Assembly: GCA_913043225.1 (NCBI GenBank)
Contig: CAJWLU010000005.1
Span: 143,797-207,796, forward strand
Direction: 5' to 3'
Source of the DNA: an uncultured Acidobacteriota bacterium
Lineage (GTDB): Bacteria; Acidobacteriota; Vicinamibacteria; Vicinamibacterales; UBA8438
Length of the DNA stretch: 64,000 nucleotides
Shown: positions 47,550-56,792 of the stretch, one piece after another
Layout of the letters: the number at the start of each line of letters is the position of its first letter
Position numbering within the stretch: the first letter of the stretch is position 1
Program-made: the position numbers and the translations under genes
The notes under the pieces: generated by a model
The model's database searches: none
Seen by the model: only the letters and a program-made list of their open reading frames with translations
What the model was told of the DNA's origin: nothing

Positions 47550-49609
47550 TGCGGCTCCCCAATGATCCGGCTCGGCTCCGTCCGCTCCTGCAGCTTCACG
47601 GCCCACAGGCCCGTGTTCCAGTCGGAAAAAAAGATGTGTCCCTTGTAGGGTTGCGGGCCCCAGACGAACGGGGCATTTGCGATGTATCCGTCGGGCTCGG
47701 CGGGGAGGTACATGGCGATCTCGCGCCCCTGCTTGTAGAGATCGCCCATCAATTCGCCGGAGACGTCGACAACACGGAGACCACCGTTGTAGTAGCCGAC
47801 GTAGAGCACGTCATCCTCGACCCACAGATTGTGCGACCCGGCCTCGGGCACCTGATAGCGGGCGACCTCGCGCGGATTGTCCCAGTCACTCCAATCGATG
47901 ATATGGATCCACCCGGCGGCCCGTGAGGGTCGGCCTCCGCCAGACGAGTCGTAGCCTCCATAGGGGAACGACTCGTCGCCGGCGAAAAGATAGAACTTGC
48001 CGGTGGACTGGCTGCGGTACGGAAAGGCCGCGTGGTTCCACCCACTCGGATACGCATAACGCCCCAATTCGACGGGATGCTCCGGCGTACCGCCTCGTCC
48101 CCCCCCACCGACATCGACGGCGACCACCCCGTCGCTCCAATTCGACGAGAACGCGATCCCGTCGCTGACCCACACGTCATGAATGCTGTGCCCCGGGGTG
48201 TCAAGCTCGAAGCGCCCGACGCGCGACGGACTCCGCGGGTCCTTGATTTCGATCACATCGTAGCGGCGTCCGGCGCTGAGGGCGAAGACGTGGTCTCCTG
48301 CAATGAACACGTTGTGCACGCCGCCGGTCAGCTGATCGGTGTACTCCGACAGCACCGGCACCCCTTCTCGCGGGCTGCCGACCCCGAGCAGTACGATCCC
48401 GTTCTTTCGGTCTGACGCCCCCTCCCGGCTGAGGACGGCGACGTCGCCGTCCTCGGAAACCTTCACGTCGTTAATAGTCCTGGCGTCGACCTGCACCTCA
48501 TGTAGCTTTTCGATGTTGGCCGGATCGGTCACATCCCAGACGAATGAGTGCCCGTCGGCGCCCCAGGTGCCCGTGATCGCGTAGTCGCGGCCGTCAGTAC
48601 CTTCCCAGACCCACAGGTCGGAGGTGTGCCGATCGAGCACCGCGCCGCGGCCAATGACCTGAACCTCCTGCCGGACATCTCGTCGATCGATGGACACGGT
48701 GCGTGCTGCCGAATGGCTCCCGGTAGTGGCCACCACGGTGTAGGTCCCCGACCGCTCCGCGACGAACCGCCCATCCTCGGCGATCTGGGCCGATGCTCCG
48801 GCGGCGATAATTGAGACGGCGGTCTGGCCCCCAACACCGAACTGCACCGGCACGCCGCGGACCGCGAGTCCACGGGCGTCCTTGGCGATAGCAGTGAATC
48901 GCACCACATCGCCGGTACGCGCCCGGTCCGTGCTCGCCTGCAACTCGAGCGACGAGACGGGGTTCTCTTCCACTCCGATTGCAAGAGTGACGCGCACGTC
49001 CTCGACCTGCACGGCGACCTCGACCTCCCCCGGCTCCGACAGCGTCAGGAACCCGAACGGATCGACGCTTGCCACCTCTGGCGGTTCGGTCCGGAAAACG
49101 GGCGCCACATCGGTGCGGACATCGCCAATGGCATCAACGACGTCCACCCTCAGCTGCGGCCGGGTACCGATGTAGAACTTGGGGGGGACTTCCGTGAAGA
49201 CAACGTCGGTCACGGGCGGCTGAGGCACCGTGACCGGGATCTCGATCCGAACCCGCGCGTCCGGCCGCCGGCTCGCATCGTCGGGGTCGTCAGGCACCAT
49301 CGCCACCAGCGTGAATTCGCCGGGCCGATACGCCCGCACCTCACCGGCACGGGTAACCCCCACGCCTCGGCGAGCGCGCGAGAAGAACATTACGGTGACG
49401 TCGTCCACCACCGTTCCGTCGGCGTCTGTTACGACCGCCTCAAGAGTCGCTCGCTCCCCGACCCCTAGCGTGAGCTGGGCTGGGACGACCTGTAAGGTGA
49501 TCGTGTCTGCCGGCTCTGACTCGACCGGCGGCGGCTGGGCCATAGCGAGGGCCGGCACCCACCAGAGCAGGCCGAAGAACACCATCCGCCAGAGTCGCGA
49601 CTCGCTCAC
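47546..49609 (-). CDS. Secreted Ig-like domain + LVIVD-repeat protein
   Basis: Signal peptide; Ig-like N-terminus; SDLWVW, GGVHN, IHDVWV, SHNLWV, GGLRVVDVS. Confidence 0.82.
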   Translation of the reverse strand: MSESRLWRMVFFGLLWWVPALAMAQPPPVESEPADTITLQVVPAQLTLGVGERATLEAVVTDADGTVVDDVTVMFFSRARRGVGVTRAGEVRAYRPGEFTLVAMVPDDPDDASRRPDARVRIEIPVTVPQPPVTDVVFTEVPPKFYIGTRPQLRVDVVDAIGDVRTDVAPVFRTEPPEVASVDPFGFLTLSEPGEVEVAVQVEDVRVTLAIGVEENPVSSLELQASTDRARTGDVVRFTAIAKDARGLAVRGVPVQFGVGGQTAVSIIAAGASAQIAEDGRFVAERSGTYTVVATTGSHSAARTVSIDRRDVRQEVQVIGRGAVLDRHTSDLWVWEGTDGRDYAITGTWGADGHSFVWDVTDPANIEKLHEVQVDARTINDVKVSEDGDVAVLSREGASDRKNGIVLLGVGSPREGVPVLSEYTDQLTGGVHNVFIAGDHVFALSAGRRYDVIEIKDPRSPSRVGRFELDTPGHSIHDVWVSDGIAFSSNWSDGVVAVDVGGGGRGGTPEHPVELGRYAYPSGWNHAAFPYRSQSTGKFYLFAGDESFPYGGYDSSGGGRPSRAAGWIHIIDWSDWDNPREVARYQVPEAGSHNLWVEDDVLYVGYYNGGLRVVDVSGELMGDLYKQGREIAMYLPAEPDGYIANAPFVWGPQPYKGHIFFSDWNTGLWAVKLQERTEPSRIIGEPQ

Positions 49610-49657
49610 GAGACCTCCTCGAGCGGAGTCCGGTCAGCGCACTCCCGAGGGTCGGGA

Positions 49658-50224
49658 TCAGAACGCGACTTCCGGCACCTCCGCCGCCCCTTCGTCCGCT
49701 TCGAAGTACTCGCGGTCGTCAAATCCGAACACCCCGGCGAACAGATTTCCTGGAAAACGCCGTATATCGGTGCGATACACGCGAACGGAGTCATTGTAAC
49801 GCTGGCGCTCAACCGCAATCCGGTTTTCGGTCCCGGCCAGTTCATCCTGCAATCGGATGAAGTTCTCGTTCGAGCGCAACTGCGGATAGTTTTCGGAAAT
49901 CGCCAGCAGGCGCCCCAGCGCACTGGTGAGCCCGGCGTTCGCGTTGGCGGCCTCGGCGGGTGTCGCCGCTCCGGAGAGCCGGCTCCGCGCCTCTGCCACC
50001 TGGGTAAAAATCTCGCGCTCTTGCTCCGCGAAACCCTGCACAGTCGCTACCAGGTTGGGAATGAGATCCGAGCGGCGCTGGAGCACGTTCTCAACCTGAG
50101 CCCAGGCCGAATCAATCTGCTCGTTCGCCGTCACGAATCCGTTGTAGCGTCCGACACTCGCGCACGATCCCATCAACACGACGACCAGAAAGATCCCACC
50201 GACCGCCAGCAATCCCCTCTTCAT
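49658..50224 (-). CDS. lemA: LemA family protein
   Basis: LQRRSDLIPNLV.TV, ENYPQL, LQDELAGTENRIAVER.RYN. Confidence 0.95.
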   Translation of the reverse strand: MKRGLLAVGGIFLVVVLMGSCASVGRYNGFVTANEQIDSAWAQVENVLQRRSDLIPNLVATVQGFAEQEREIFTQVAEARSRLSGAATPAEAANANAGLTSALGRLLAISENYPQLRSNENFIRLQDELAGTENRIAVERQRYNDSVRVYRTDIRRFPGNLFAGVFGFDDREYFEADEGAAEVPEVAF

Positions 50225-50991
50225 GCACTCTCCTCCTCTGTCCCGAGCACGAAGCGATCGATTCTCGTTACCGCCCGGTTCAGCTCCGCATAGTAGCGAC
50301 CGAATACGGACTTCTCGTCGGCCGCCACATCTTCGCTATGTTTCAATCGAGCCACATCGCCGAATGCCTGTTCGTCCAACCCCGCTCGACGACAAAACGC
50401 CGACACGACCTCCTCGTTGTGCTCCGGCACCGCATCCCGATGCAAATGCAGGCACCCACGGAACAGCGCAACGAAGGTCGTGTAGGAGTCGGTGAGCAGG
50501 CGACGCAGCCGGCGGGGACGCGCATGGGTTTCGATGTAGCCCTCACGCAGCCGCATCAGCTTTTCCCGCATCTCGCGCTCGCACTGCAGTCGCAGATGGT
50601 CGCTACGGATCTCGACCTCGGCAAATGGATCGTCGCCGTAGAGCACTCGCCGGTCGGACTGCAGGTCGAGGAACTCGATCGGAAAGACATCGGCTGAATC
50701 GCTGATCATCGCGGGGGTAAACAGCAGAGGTAGCGGTTGACGGCCACTCTCCCACCGGGTGAGCGCGGGTGATAACGCCTCGAGGTCAGCCGGATCGAGT
50801 TGGTTCACCACGATGATCAAATTCAGATCGCTGGTGGCCCTCTGCCAGTCCCCTCGGGCGGCAGAACCATAGAGCACGATACTCCGCAGCTGCTCGCCCA
50901 GCGCCTGACTGGTCTGCTCGAGTAGCACGTCCAGATCAGGATGTACAACCGTCTCTTCGTTCATCACGCTTCGGTCCTCATCTCGCCGCAC
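50221..50991 (-). CDS. Pol-beta-superfamily nucleotidyltransferase domain protein (start may be 50964)
   Basis: SIVLYGSAARGD....SDLN, DVFPIEFLD, LYG.D, helical C-terminal half. Confidence 0.82.
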   Translation of the reverse strand: MRRDEDRSVMNEETVVHPDLDVLLEQTSQALGEQLRSIVLYGSAARGDWQRATSDLNLIIVVNQLDPADLEALSPALTRWESGRQPLPLLFTPAMISDSADVFPIEFLDLQSDRRVLYGDDPFAEVEIRSDHLRLQCEREMREKLMRLREGYIETHARPRRLRRLLTDSYTTFVALFRGCLHLHRDAVPEHNEEVVSAFCRRAGLDEQAFGDVARLKHSEDVAADEKSVFGRYYAELNRAVTRIDRFVLGTEEESA

Positions 50992-51002
50992 GCGCTCTGC
51001 GG

Positions 51003-51776
51003 TTAAAAGCCGCGCGACGCCCCTCCGCCTCCGAACCCTCCACCGCCAAACCCACCACCGCCTCCAAAGCCGCCGCCACGGAAACCGCCCCCTCTACCGC
51101 CGCCCGCCATCATCAGCAGGAAGAACAGCGACGGGTGTCTGAAGAACAGATAGCCCATGAACACCATACCCAGCAGCCCCAGGATTCCCTGGAGCGGACC
51201 GGACGGCTGGTCCTGTACCCGGCGTCCGACCGGGAGAAGCTGGGCGGCGCCGTCAACGACAACCCCGAACTCGGCAGCTGACGCCTCGACCAGCCCGGCG
51301 CTCAGCCTGAGCAACCCGCCGGAAAAATCGCCGGCCGACATCATCGGCAACGAGGCGTCCAACAGGGCGCCCACGCGACCGTCGGGCAGATACCCCTCGA
51401 CCCCGTAGCCGGTCTCGATCGCGATGTCTCGCTCCTCGAGGGCCACCACCACCACGATGCCGCGATCTGTGTCGGCATCCCCTATCCCCCACTCGGTGGC
51501 CAAACGGACGCCGAAACCGCGGATCGGCTCACCCTCAAGCGAGGGCATCGTCACGACCACGATGGCAACGCCGGCCCGCTGATAGAGATCGGTGTGAAAC
51601 CGTTCCATCGTGCTGACCGCCTCGGCGGTCAGCACTCCGGCAAAGTCATGCACCGAGCGATCCTCGGGAGAAGGTAGCTGAACCTGGGCCAGGACGGAGC
51701 CGATCGCCCCAAGCCAGACTAGGGCCAGCATGATGATCCAGCGTTCGCTGTGGCCAGCGGGGCGCGGTGCCCTCAT
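51003..51776 (-). CDS. TPM domain protein (YgcG-like)
   Basis: V.DFAGVL, WGIG...D.G, IETGYGVEG.LPD, TM, Gly-rich tail ending GGGGASRGF. Confidence 0.9.
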   Translation of the reverse strand: MRAPRPAGHSERWIIMLALVWLGAIGSVLAQVQLPSPEDRSVHDFAGVLTAEAVSTMERFHTDLYQRAGVAIVVVTMPSLEGEPIRGFGVRLATEWGIGDADTDRGIVVVVALEERDIAIETGYGVEGYLPDGRVGALLDASLPMMSAGDFSGGLLRLSAGLVEASAAEFGVVVDGAAQLLPVGRRVQDQPSGPLQGILGLLGMVFMGYLFFRHPSLFFLLMMAGGGRGGGFRGGGFGGGGGFGGGGFGGGGASRGF

Positions 51777-51953
51777 CTCGACAGACTATCCCGTAGCGTC
51801 GTCACCAACCGAGTCTGCGATGGCGGTTCCTGCGTGCCCCGAGCTTGCTGAACTAGGCAAAACTGTAGATGACGCCAGGAAGTAGCGAAACCCATAAAAT
51901 TCATAACTTCATTCATTTCAATAAGATAATACAATACGAAATATGACTTTCGC

Positions 51954-51982
51954 TTGACATTCGCCTTTCTCGTCCCTAGAAT
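51954..51982 (+). promoter_or_regulatory. Sigma70-type recA promoter
   Basis: TTGACA (51954-51959), 17 bp, TAGAAT (51977-51982), with an AT-rich upstream tract. Confidence 0.8.
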
Positions 51983-52050
51983 GCCCAACAGCCCAAAGCG
52001 AAGCACACACATACGAAAAGGCACGTCATTCGGCCACGAGGATTTCATCG

Positions 52051-53100
52051 ATGAAGGACGACCAGAGCACGCGCGACCGACAGAAAGCTATCGACATGGC
52101 GGTGGGCCAGATCGAGAAGCAGTTCGGGAAGGGAGCCATCATGCGGCTCGGCGGAGACGCCGTGGCCACCGTCCCGCACATCTCGACTGGAGCCATCAGT
52201 ATCGACCATGCCCTAGGCATCGGCGGAGTACCGCGCGGTCGCGTGGTCGAGATCTTCGGCCCTGAGGCCTCTGGTAAGACCACCCTTACTCTGCAGATCA
52301 TCGCCCAAGCGCAGCGCGCCGGCGGGACGGCGGCATTCGTCGATGCCGAGCATGCGCTCGACCCAGCCTACGCACGCAAGCTGGGTGTTGATCTGGAGAA
52401 CCTGCTGGTCTCGCAGCCTGACAACGGAGAACAAGCGCTTGAGATCGTCGAAGTGCTGGTCCGTTCCGGCGGGGCCGACGTGGTTATCGTCGACTCAGTC
52501 GCGGCGCTCGTGCCCCGGGCCGAGATCGACGGCGAGATGGGCGACGCGCAGGTTGGCCTGCAGGCGCGTCTGATGTCTCAGGCGCTGCGAAAGCTGACCG
52601 GCGTCGTATCGAAGTCGCGCACATGTCTCGTGTTCATCAACCAGCTACGGGAAAAGATCGGCGTCATGTTCGGCAACCCGGAAACCACTACCGGCGGCCG
52701 GGCGCTCAAGTTCTACTCCTCGGTCCGGATCGACATCCGCCGGATCGGCGCCATCAAGGACGGCGACCAGGTCGTCGGTAACCGCACGCGCGTGAAGATC
52801 GTCAAGAACAAGGTAGCCCCGCCGTTTCGCATGGCCGAGTTCGATCTCATGTATGGCGAAGGGGTGTCTCGTGAAGGCGACCTCCTCGACCTGGCCGTCG
52901 ACCACCGTATTGTCGAGAAAAGCGGCACTTGGTTCTCGTACACCGGCGAGCGGCTGGGGCAGGGCCGCGAGAAGGTCAAACTGTTCCTCCGTCAGAACCC
53001 CGACATCTTCAATGCGATCGACGCGCGCGTTCGTGCGGAACTGGGTATGACCACCGAAACGGTCGAGTCTGACGCCGACTCGGCAGCCGTGAACGTATAG
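52051..53100 (+). CDS. recA: Recombinase A
   Basis: [43 protein letters not shown]. Confidence 0.99.
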   Translation: MKDDQSTRDRQKAIDMAVGQIEKQFGKGAIMRLGGDAVATVPHISTGAISIDHALGIGGVPRGRVVEIFGPEASGKTTLTLQIIAQAQRAGGTAAFVDAEHALDPAYARKLGVDLENLLVSQPDNGEQALEIVEVLVRSGGADVVIVDSVAALVPRAEIDGEMGDAQVGLQARLMSQALRKLTGVVSKSRTCLVFINQLREKIGVMFGNPETTTGGRALKFYSSVRIDIRRIGAIKDGDQVVGNRTRVKIVKNKVAPPFRMAEFDLMYGEGVSREGDLLDLAVDHRIVEKSGTWFSYTGERLGQGREKVKLFLRQNPDIFNAIDARVRAELGMTTETVESDADSAAVNV

Positions 53101-53167
53101 CCTCGGTTGGTCCCGGCCTTTCGGTCTCAAACGCGTGTCGCCCCTCCCCGGACGACACGCGTTTTCT

Positions 53168-53293
53168 CTTGTACTTTTGATCTCGATTCGGTACGCTCGC
53201 GGCCAGTGCGTACCCCCTTGTACTCGGCCGAGAAATCCGGTACTGTCAGCGACGGTCTCGGAACTTGTACTCGCCGCCGTTTTTCGGTACGCT
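53168..53293 (+). promoter_or_regulatory. Three tandem bipartite elements CTTGTACT-N13-CGGTAC (promoter-like)
   Basis: Units start at 53168, 53217, 53264; each reads TTGTAC-17 bp-TAC(GC/TG)T. Confidence 0.65.
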
Positions 53294-53303
53294 CCACAGC
53301 GCC

Positions 53304-53717
53304 ATGAGTTCGTCGCCCGTCGATACCCTCAACGACCTGCCGCCGCTGCCGCACAAGACCCCGGCCTCGCGACGCAGTTGGTGGTATGCGTTGTTGCTAG
53401 TCTGTGTGTTACTCGTGGCCAACGCTCTGGTTGGCGACCGTGGTCTACTGGCGTTGTTCCGGGCCAACGAAGAACACGCCCAGCTCCAAGCCGCCATCGA
53501 CACGATCCGCATCGAGAACGCCCAGCTCCATGGCTATGTGCGCGCCCTGCGCGACAAACCGATGCTGGTCGAGAATCTGGCCCGGAAGGAACTCGGACTG
53601 ATCAAGCGAGGCGAACAGGTGTTCATCGTCAAGTCCGTGGACGAGCCCACCGAGCCGACACCCCAAGCGCCACGGCTCAATGAGCCCGAGGCAATTAACG
53701 TTGCGCCAGTCCGATAA
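53304..53717 (+). CDS. ftsB: Septum formation initiator (FtsB/DivIC)
   Basis: TM, GDRGL, coiled coil, E.LARKELGLIK.GE.VF. Confidence 0.85.
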   Translation: MSSSPVDTLNDLPPLPHKTPASRRSWWYALLLVCVLLVANALVGDRGLLALFRANEEHAQLQAAIDTIRIENAQLHGYVRALRDKPMLVENLARKELGLIKRGEQVFIVKSVDEPTEPTPQAPRLNEPEAINVAPVR

Positions 53718-53737
53718 CCGTAATTCCGGAACGCCGT

Positions 53738-55252
53738 TCAAGCAAGCAACGACCGGACCATCTCCTCCGACGACAGCACCGACCAGGCCGCCAACTCGCA
53801 AAGCAGATTCGCCTGAAGCGGCGTCAATCTCGTGAGAGCCCCCGGGTTCTGCCCGATGGTCCGATAGTGCGGGAACCGCGCCAGCGGCCCCTCCTCGTCG
53901 CCGGTCGGCAAAAGCTGGCTCACTTCGTCGGGCAACCGTTGGTCCCACTCCTTCACCCGGCTGTTGTAGACCCAGACGATCGAAACCTCCCCACCGCCCT
54001 CAATACCCCACCAGGCGTTATCTACGAGCGGCGTATGGGTGTCGACGACGAGCGGTCGTCCGTTCCGGCGGGCCCGCTGCAGGTTTCGCACCAGATCGAC
54101 ATAAGCCGAGGGGGGGAAGACCTGGTTGTGCGGCCAGCGTGGACTGGACTGTCCGAACAGCGGTGGCAGCGCCGGGTCGATCTGGCCCGGATCCGGCCAG
54201 CCGGTCGGATCGTGATCAAGATCGACCGGCCACACCGAGTTGAGACAGACGACAAGCTTCCGGACGCCTCTCCGAAGCATCCCATGGAGCGACAACGTGT
54301 CGACATCGCCCCCATCGGTGAGCATGTCGTCGACCGGATCCGGGCCACCATCGGTCCCCGGCATCGCCCAAGTGCGTACACGGGGATAGGCGCGCTCATC
54401 GCGGTTTGGCGTATTGAACGCACTGGTCGCCCCAAGCATCGACGCCAGCGACCAGGGTCGCGCGGCTGGAAGTACGATCGCGCGTCCGTCTGAGTCGACG
54501 CCGGCCTCGGGCGCACAACACCCGACGGCCGCCGTCTCGATCAGCGTGCCTCCGACGACTCGCTCCTCTCCAGTAACGGCCGGAAGCGTGTGGCGTTGTG
54601 GCACCCCTGCATACAGTGGGGTCTGTTCGAACGGCACCCGATGCTGATGCTCCGAGCGTTGCCCTGGCCAGTTCACTGTGGCGTGAATCACCGGGAACGG
54701 CGCACCCGCACGCATGCGTAGCCGCGGCACGTCACTCAGTTCGCCTGCATCGACACCAGGGGCACAGCCAACACTGTGATCCAAGGCGTGGAGATCGGAC
54801 GGAGCCAGGAAGGTCTGCCCCACCGCCCGGATCCACACGTCGCCGGGTGCCACCTCTGGGTCGGCGTCAAGCCCGCCAAAAGCGTCCTTGAACCAGATCG
54901 TCGCCGGATGCAGCAAAGACTCGACGGGAACCGTGTCGAGGGCGTTTCGGGTGAGCGCTTCAGGAGCCGTCGGCGTCCCGAGCCGAGCGATACCGTCAGG
55001 AGCGAACACGAACGGCACCGCGGCCCAGGCACTGCCAGACACGCACGACAGGTAGCCGACGCGGTCCAGCAGCCCGAGCGCCTGCAGCGCTCTGAGCTGT
55101 CCAATGGAGGCGACCATCGAGCGCGTACCGCCCCCGGAGAAGCAGACCGCAGTCCGCGCTGGGGGCTCACTCAGAACGCCGGGACATTGTTCGGGTGCCT
55201 GGCCGAAGCCCGCGTCGGCCCAGACCCGGGCCGTGACCAGCCGGGTGGCCAT
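53738..55252 (-). CDS. Patatin/cPLA2-like phospholipase
   Basis: FSGGGTRS oxyanion motif, YLSCVSGSAW nucleophile elbow, DGG. Confidence 0.75.
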   Translation of the reverse strand: MATRLVTARVWADAGFGQAPEQCPGVLSEPPARTAVCFSGGGTRSMVASIGQLRALQALGLLDRVGYLSCVSGSAWAAVPFVFAPDGIARLGTPTAPEALTRNALDTVPVESLLHPATIWFKDAFGGLDADPEVAPGDVWIRAVGQTFLAPSDLHALDHSVGCAPGVDAGELSDVPRLRMRAGAPFPVIHATVNWPGQRSEHQHRVPFEQTPLYAGVPQRHTLPAVTGEERVVGGTLIETAAVGCCAPEAGVDSDGRAIVLPAARPWSLASMLGATSAFNTPNRDERAYPRVRTWAMPGTDGGPDPVDDMLTDGGDVDTLSLHGMLRRGVRKLVVCLNSVWPVDLDHDPTGWPDPGQIDPALPPLFGQSSPRWPHNQVFPPSAYVDLVRNLQRARRNGRPLVVDTHTPLVDNAWWGIEGGGEVSIVWVYNSRVKEWDQRLPDEVSQLLPTGDEEGPLARFPHYRTIGQNPGALTRLTPLQANLLCELAAWSVLSSEEMVRSLLA

Positions 55253-55307
55253 CAACGCCGAACCGGAAGGCCGACTCGGTTCGAGCCCAAGCCCTGGACG
55301 AAACGCC

Positions 55308-56792
55308 TCACGGATACTCCATCGTGAACGGATCCGGCAGCGGAATCCGCACTACCTCTCCTGGACTCAGGGCTTCGAGTGAGTAGTCCTGATTCTCCGG
55401 ATCGCCAGCCAGAATGGTCTCGATGTCGCCGACCACCAGGATCACCAGTTGCTCCGGATGCAGATACTCCTGCGCCACCTCGAGGACATCCTCGGCAGTC
55501 ACCGCCGCGATATTGTCCCGGTAGGCAGCCAGATAGGATGGGTCACGGTCCGTGTATTCGTCACTCGCAAAGAGCCCGGCCGTCGACCCGGCACTCGAGA
55601 AGTTCCGCGAGAAGGTCTCGACAAAGTAGTTGATCGAGTTCGTGAGCTCCTCCTCGGTGACCAGTTCGGTCCGGATCCGGTCAATCTCCTCGAGCACAAT
55701 TGCCACGGCTCGGGCCACGGTCTCGCTCCGCGACTGGAAGCCGGCTTGAAAGATCCCGGAATAGTAGGTGCCTGCCCGATAGCTGGAGCTCGCGCTGTAG
55801 GCCAATCCTTCGTCCGATCGGATCCGGGTCAGCAAGCGGGCGCTGAACCCGCCACCACCCAGGATGTCGTTCATGACCAGCACCTTGTAACGGTCTTCGT
55901 TCTCCCGCTGAATCCCGAGGTGACCGATCGCAACTCGGCCCTGGTTCACCTCAGGCTTATTGACCAGGTAGAGACCGGGCTCGGGCATGAACTCCGGCGC
56001 CGGCACCGGCGGCACCTCCTCGCCGGACGCGACCCAGCCATCCATCCGCCGTTCGAGTTCGGCAAGGATCTCAGTCGTGTCGATGTCGCCAGAGGCAGCA
56101 AACAGGAAGTTGCCCGGATGGAAATATCGCTGGTGGAACGCCACGAGGTCGTCACGCGTGATCGCCTCGATGCTGGCGCGTGTGCTCGGCGCCGTCGTGA
56201 AGTGTCCGTCGCCCCGCATCAAGCGGCTGAACTCCCGACCCTGAATGCTCGCCGTAGCGTCGTTACGGCGCTCCATCCCCTGAATCGCCTGGCTCTTGGC
56301 AAGCTCGAGCCGGTCGGCGTCGAACCCGGGATCCCGAAGCATGTCGAAGAACATGTCCAGGCACACCGCCAGGTCCTTAATTAAGCAGTTCATGCTCGCC
56401 GATCCGGAGGTCGCGCCGATGCCGCTGCCGATCTGAGCCGCCAGGAACGCCGCCTCTTCGTCGAAGTCGGCGGCACTGGTCGTGATGGTCCCTCCAGCCC
56501 GCATCTGGCTGCCGGTCAAACTCGCCAGCCCGATCTTGTCGCGCGGGTCGAGATAGCTCCCCGTACGCACGGTAACCGAGAGTGACACCAACGGCAGCTC
56601 ATGGTCCTCGACCACAAAAGCAACCACCCCGTTCGAGAGTTCGTAGCGATGCTCGGCTGAGGTCGGAGCAGTAAAATCGAGCAATTCGTAGGTCAGTTCA
56701 TCCGGGTGCGCCGGTATCGGCTGGGCTACAGCCGGCGCCGCGGCCAGCACCGACGCGGCGACAAGGGCATTACGCGACAACCGTCTACTCAT
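55308..56792 (-). CDS. M16 peptidase, non-catalytic subunit
   Basis: Signal peptide; LSNG, EDHELPLV, ILGGGGFSARL..IRSDEGLAY; no HXXEH. Confidence 0.88.
   Translation of the reverse strand: MSRRLSRNALVAASVLAAAPAVAQPIPAHPDELTYELLDFTAPTSAEHRYELSNGVVAFVVEDHELPLVSLSVTVRTGSYLDPRDKIGLASLTGSQMRAGGTITTSAADFDEEAAFLAAQIGSGIGATSGSASMNCLIKDLAVCLDMFFDMLRDPGFDADRLELAKSQAIQGMERRNDATASIQGREFSRLMRGDGHFTTAPSTRASIEAITRDDLVAFHQRYFHPGNFLFAASGDIDTTEILAELERRMDGWVASGEEVPPVPAPEFMPEPGLYLVNKPEVNQGRVAIGHLGIQRENEDRYKVLVMNDILGGGGFSARLLTRIRSDEGLAYSASSSYRAGTYYSGIFQAGFQSRSETVARAVAIVLEEIDRIRTELVTEEELTNSINYFVETFSRNFSSAGSTAGLFASDEYTDRDPSYLAAYRDNIAAVTAEDVLEVAQEYLHPEQLVILVVGDIETILAGDPENQDYSLEALSPGEVVRIPLPDPFTMEYP

Noticed and set aside
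51003..51110. GGC/GGT-rich tandem repeat
   Set aside because: Encodes the usual Gly-rich tail of TPM proteins
53168..53293. Mini CRISPR array
   Set aside because: Conserved parts are only 8 and 6 bp split by a variable 13-mer; no contiguous 23-47-bp repeat and no cas genes
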